Source of the DNA: Acidimicrobiales bacterium
GTDB taxonomy: Bacteria > Actinomycetota > Acidimicrobiia > Acidimicrobiales > SZUA-35
NCBI GenBank assembly: GCA_041576015.1
Contig: JBFGLT010000001.1
Span: 5,918 to 69,917 of the forward strand
Reading direction: 5' to 3'
Length of the DNA: 64,000 nt
In this document: positions 63,045 through 64,000 of the stretch, piece by piece
How the letters are laid out: every line of letters starts with the position of its first letter
Position numbering within the stretch: the first letter of the stretch is position 1
Notes under the pieces: generated by a model
The model's input: the letters and a program-made list of their open reading frames with translations, nothing else
Told to the model about the DNA's origin: nothing
The model's database searches: none
Made by a program: the position numbers and the translations under genes

Positions 63045-63847
63045 CCCACGACTGGTCCCAGTTGCGGGATCTGGCCACTCGAATCGCCGGTGAGGCGGGC
63101 GCGCTGGCACGGGCCCGCCGCAGTCATGCGGTGATCGAGCCCGTCGCCACCAAATCCACCGACGTCGACATCGTCACAGCAGCCGACCAGGCGACCGAGC
63201 AACTGATCGCCGAGCGGCTGACCGGGGCCCGGCCCCACGACGCAATCGTCGGCGAGGAGGGAGCCGATCGGGCCGGATCGAGCGGGGTCACCTGGCTGGT
63301 CGACCCGATCGACGGCACCACCAACTTCTTCTATGGCCTGCCCGGCTGGGTCGTCTCGATCGCCGCTGCCGACGACGACGGGTTGGCCGCCGCCGCGGTG
63401 TACGACCCGACCGCCGACGTCATGTACAGCGCCCACCGCGGTGGAGGTGCCACGCGAAATGGCCGCCAGATCTCGGTCTCCCCGGTCTCGCCGCCGCTCT
63501 CCCGTGCACTTGTCGGCACCGGATTCTCCTACCGGTCTGATCAGCGGACCCGGCAGGCAGAGATCCTCCTCCGCGTGCTCCCCGAGGTCAGGGACATCCG
63601 GCGACTCGGGTCTGCGGCACGCGATCTGTGCCTGGTCGCCGAGGGAGCCTACGACGCCTACTACGAGGCCGGCCTCAACCGGTGGGATCTGGCCGGCGGA
63701 TGGCTGATCGCCGCCGAGGCGGGGGCCACTGTTGCCTACCTCACGCCGGCGACGGCGACCCGCAGGCTCCTGCTGGCCGCCGCACCAAGCCTGTTCGGCG
63801 ACCTCGCAGCAGTCCTGTCCGCCGCCGGTGCCGACACCGACCCGTAG
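63041..63847 (+). CDS. Inositol monophosphatase family protein (SuhB/ImpA/HisN-like)
   Basis: AIVGEEG, WLVDPIDGTTNF and WDLAGG motifs. Confidence 0.9.
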   Translation: MTHDWSQLRDLATRIAGEAGALARARRSHAVIEPVATKSTDVDIVTAADQATEQLIAERLTGARPHDAIVGEEGADRAGSSGVTWLVDPIDGTTNFFYGLPGWVVSIAAADDDGLAAAAVYDPTADVMYSAHRGGGATRNGRQISVSPVSPPLSRALVGTGFSYRSDQRTRQAEILLRVLPEVRDIRRLGSAARDLCLVAEGAYDAYYEAGLNRWDLAGGWLIAAEAGATVAYLTPATATRRLLLAAAPSLFGDLAAVLSAAGADTDP

Positions 63848-63913
63848 CGGCGCCAGCGGCCCGCCCGTCCGCCGCCTCCCCTTTTCTGCCCGTTTGAGGC
63901 ACCATAGGAGACT

Positions 63914-64000
63914 GTGGGCACACACATTCTGACCGTGGAGGACGACGAGCGGATCCGACAAGCCGTCAAGTTGGCCTTGGAGGAAGAAGGCTGGGACGTC
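63914..64000 (+). CDS. Response regulator receiver domain, 5' fragment (runs off the window)
   Basis: GTG at 63914 is preceded by AGGAG (63906..63910). It translates to VGTHILTVEDDERIRQAVKLALEEEGWDV, a typical OmpR/MtrA-type receiver N-terminus. It is not in the ORF track because it is truncated. Confidence 0.6.
   Translation, partial: MGTHILTVEDDERIRQAVKLALEEEGWDV

Noticed and set aside
1-64000. Mobile elements, prophage, integrative island borders or tRNA-linked att sites
   Set aside because: No transposase, integrase, recombinase or phage structural gene was recognised in any frame. I noticed no long terminal inverted or direct repeats. I could not compute GC skew or k-mer composition, so compositional evidence for horizontal origin of the 1-21 kb glycan locus remains untested.

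Overview
GC-rich sequence (about two-thirds G+C by eye, not computed) with actinobacterial gene content and order. I found no rRNA, tRNA, CRISPR array, transposase, integrase or prophage gene. Coding density is very high, and many adjacent genes overlap by 1 or 4 nt (ATGA or TGATG junctions). Most extra ORFs in the six-frame track are antisense or alternative-frame artefacts of the GC content. The window has four blocks. (1) nt 1-21,000 is a surface-polysaccharide locus of the Wzx/Wzy type. It encodes a priming phosphoglycosyl transferase, a Wzy/O-antigen-ligase-like protein, a Wzz-type co-polymerase fused to a BY-kinase, an LMW phosphotyrosine phosphatase, a Wzx flippase and six glycosyltransferases. 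It also carries a CDP-/GDP-sugar gene set (rfbF, RfbC-like epimerase, fcl, two SDR enzymes), a UDP-galactopyranose-mutase-like flavoprotein, and a large secreted beta-helix protein with unusual anchoring signals. (2) nt 21,000-32,300 is housekeeping: dnaE, a nucleotide-sugar dehydrogenase, proteasome activator Bpa, an AlkP-family enzyme, an Rrf2 regulator, a patatin-like lipase, a nitroreductase, rluD, lspA and a DksA-like protein with a histone-H1-like tail. (3) nt 32,300-53,900 holds ileS and a full division/cell-wall cluster on the minus strand: mraZ-rsmH-ftsL-ftsI-murE-mraY-ftsW-murG-murC-murB-ftsQ-ftsZ-pgeF-yggS-sepF-yggT-divIVA. (4) nt 53,900-64,000 holds an LplA-like protein, an acyl-CoA dehydrogenase, a methyltransferase, a ROK kinase, a MoxR/DUF58/transglutaminase module, DUF3040, an inositol monophosphatase and the start of a response regulator. 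I cannot point to one clear-cut new multi-gene system. The most interesting observations read directly from the sequence are these. First, a 20-21 bp long-range RNA helix in the mraZ-rsmH spacer pairs fully only on the transcribed strand. Second, an array of seven 10-bp-phased GTGGGN boxes sits upstream of mraZ. Third, the dcw cluster has no room for murF or murD. Fourth, the DksA-like protein has an N-terminal lysine/alanine-rich tail and a degenerate zinc finger. Fifth, the beta-helix protein of the polysaccharide locus combines a Tat-lipoprotein signal with a C-terminal PEP-CTERM/sortase-like tail, and clustered ATCGG repeats abut its start codon.
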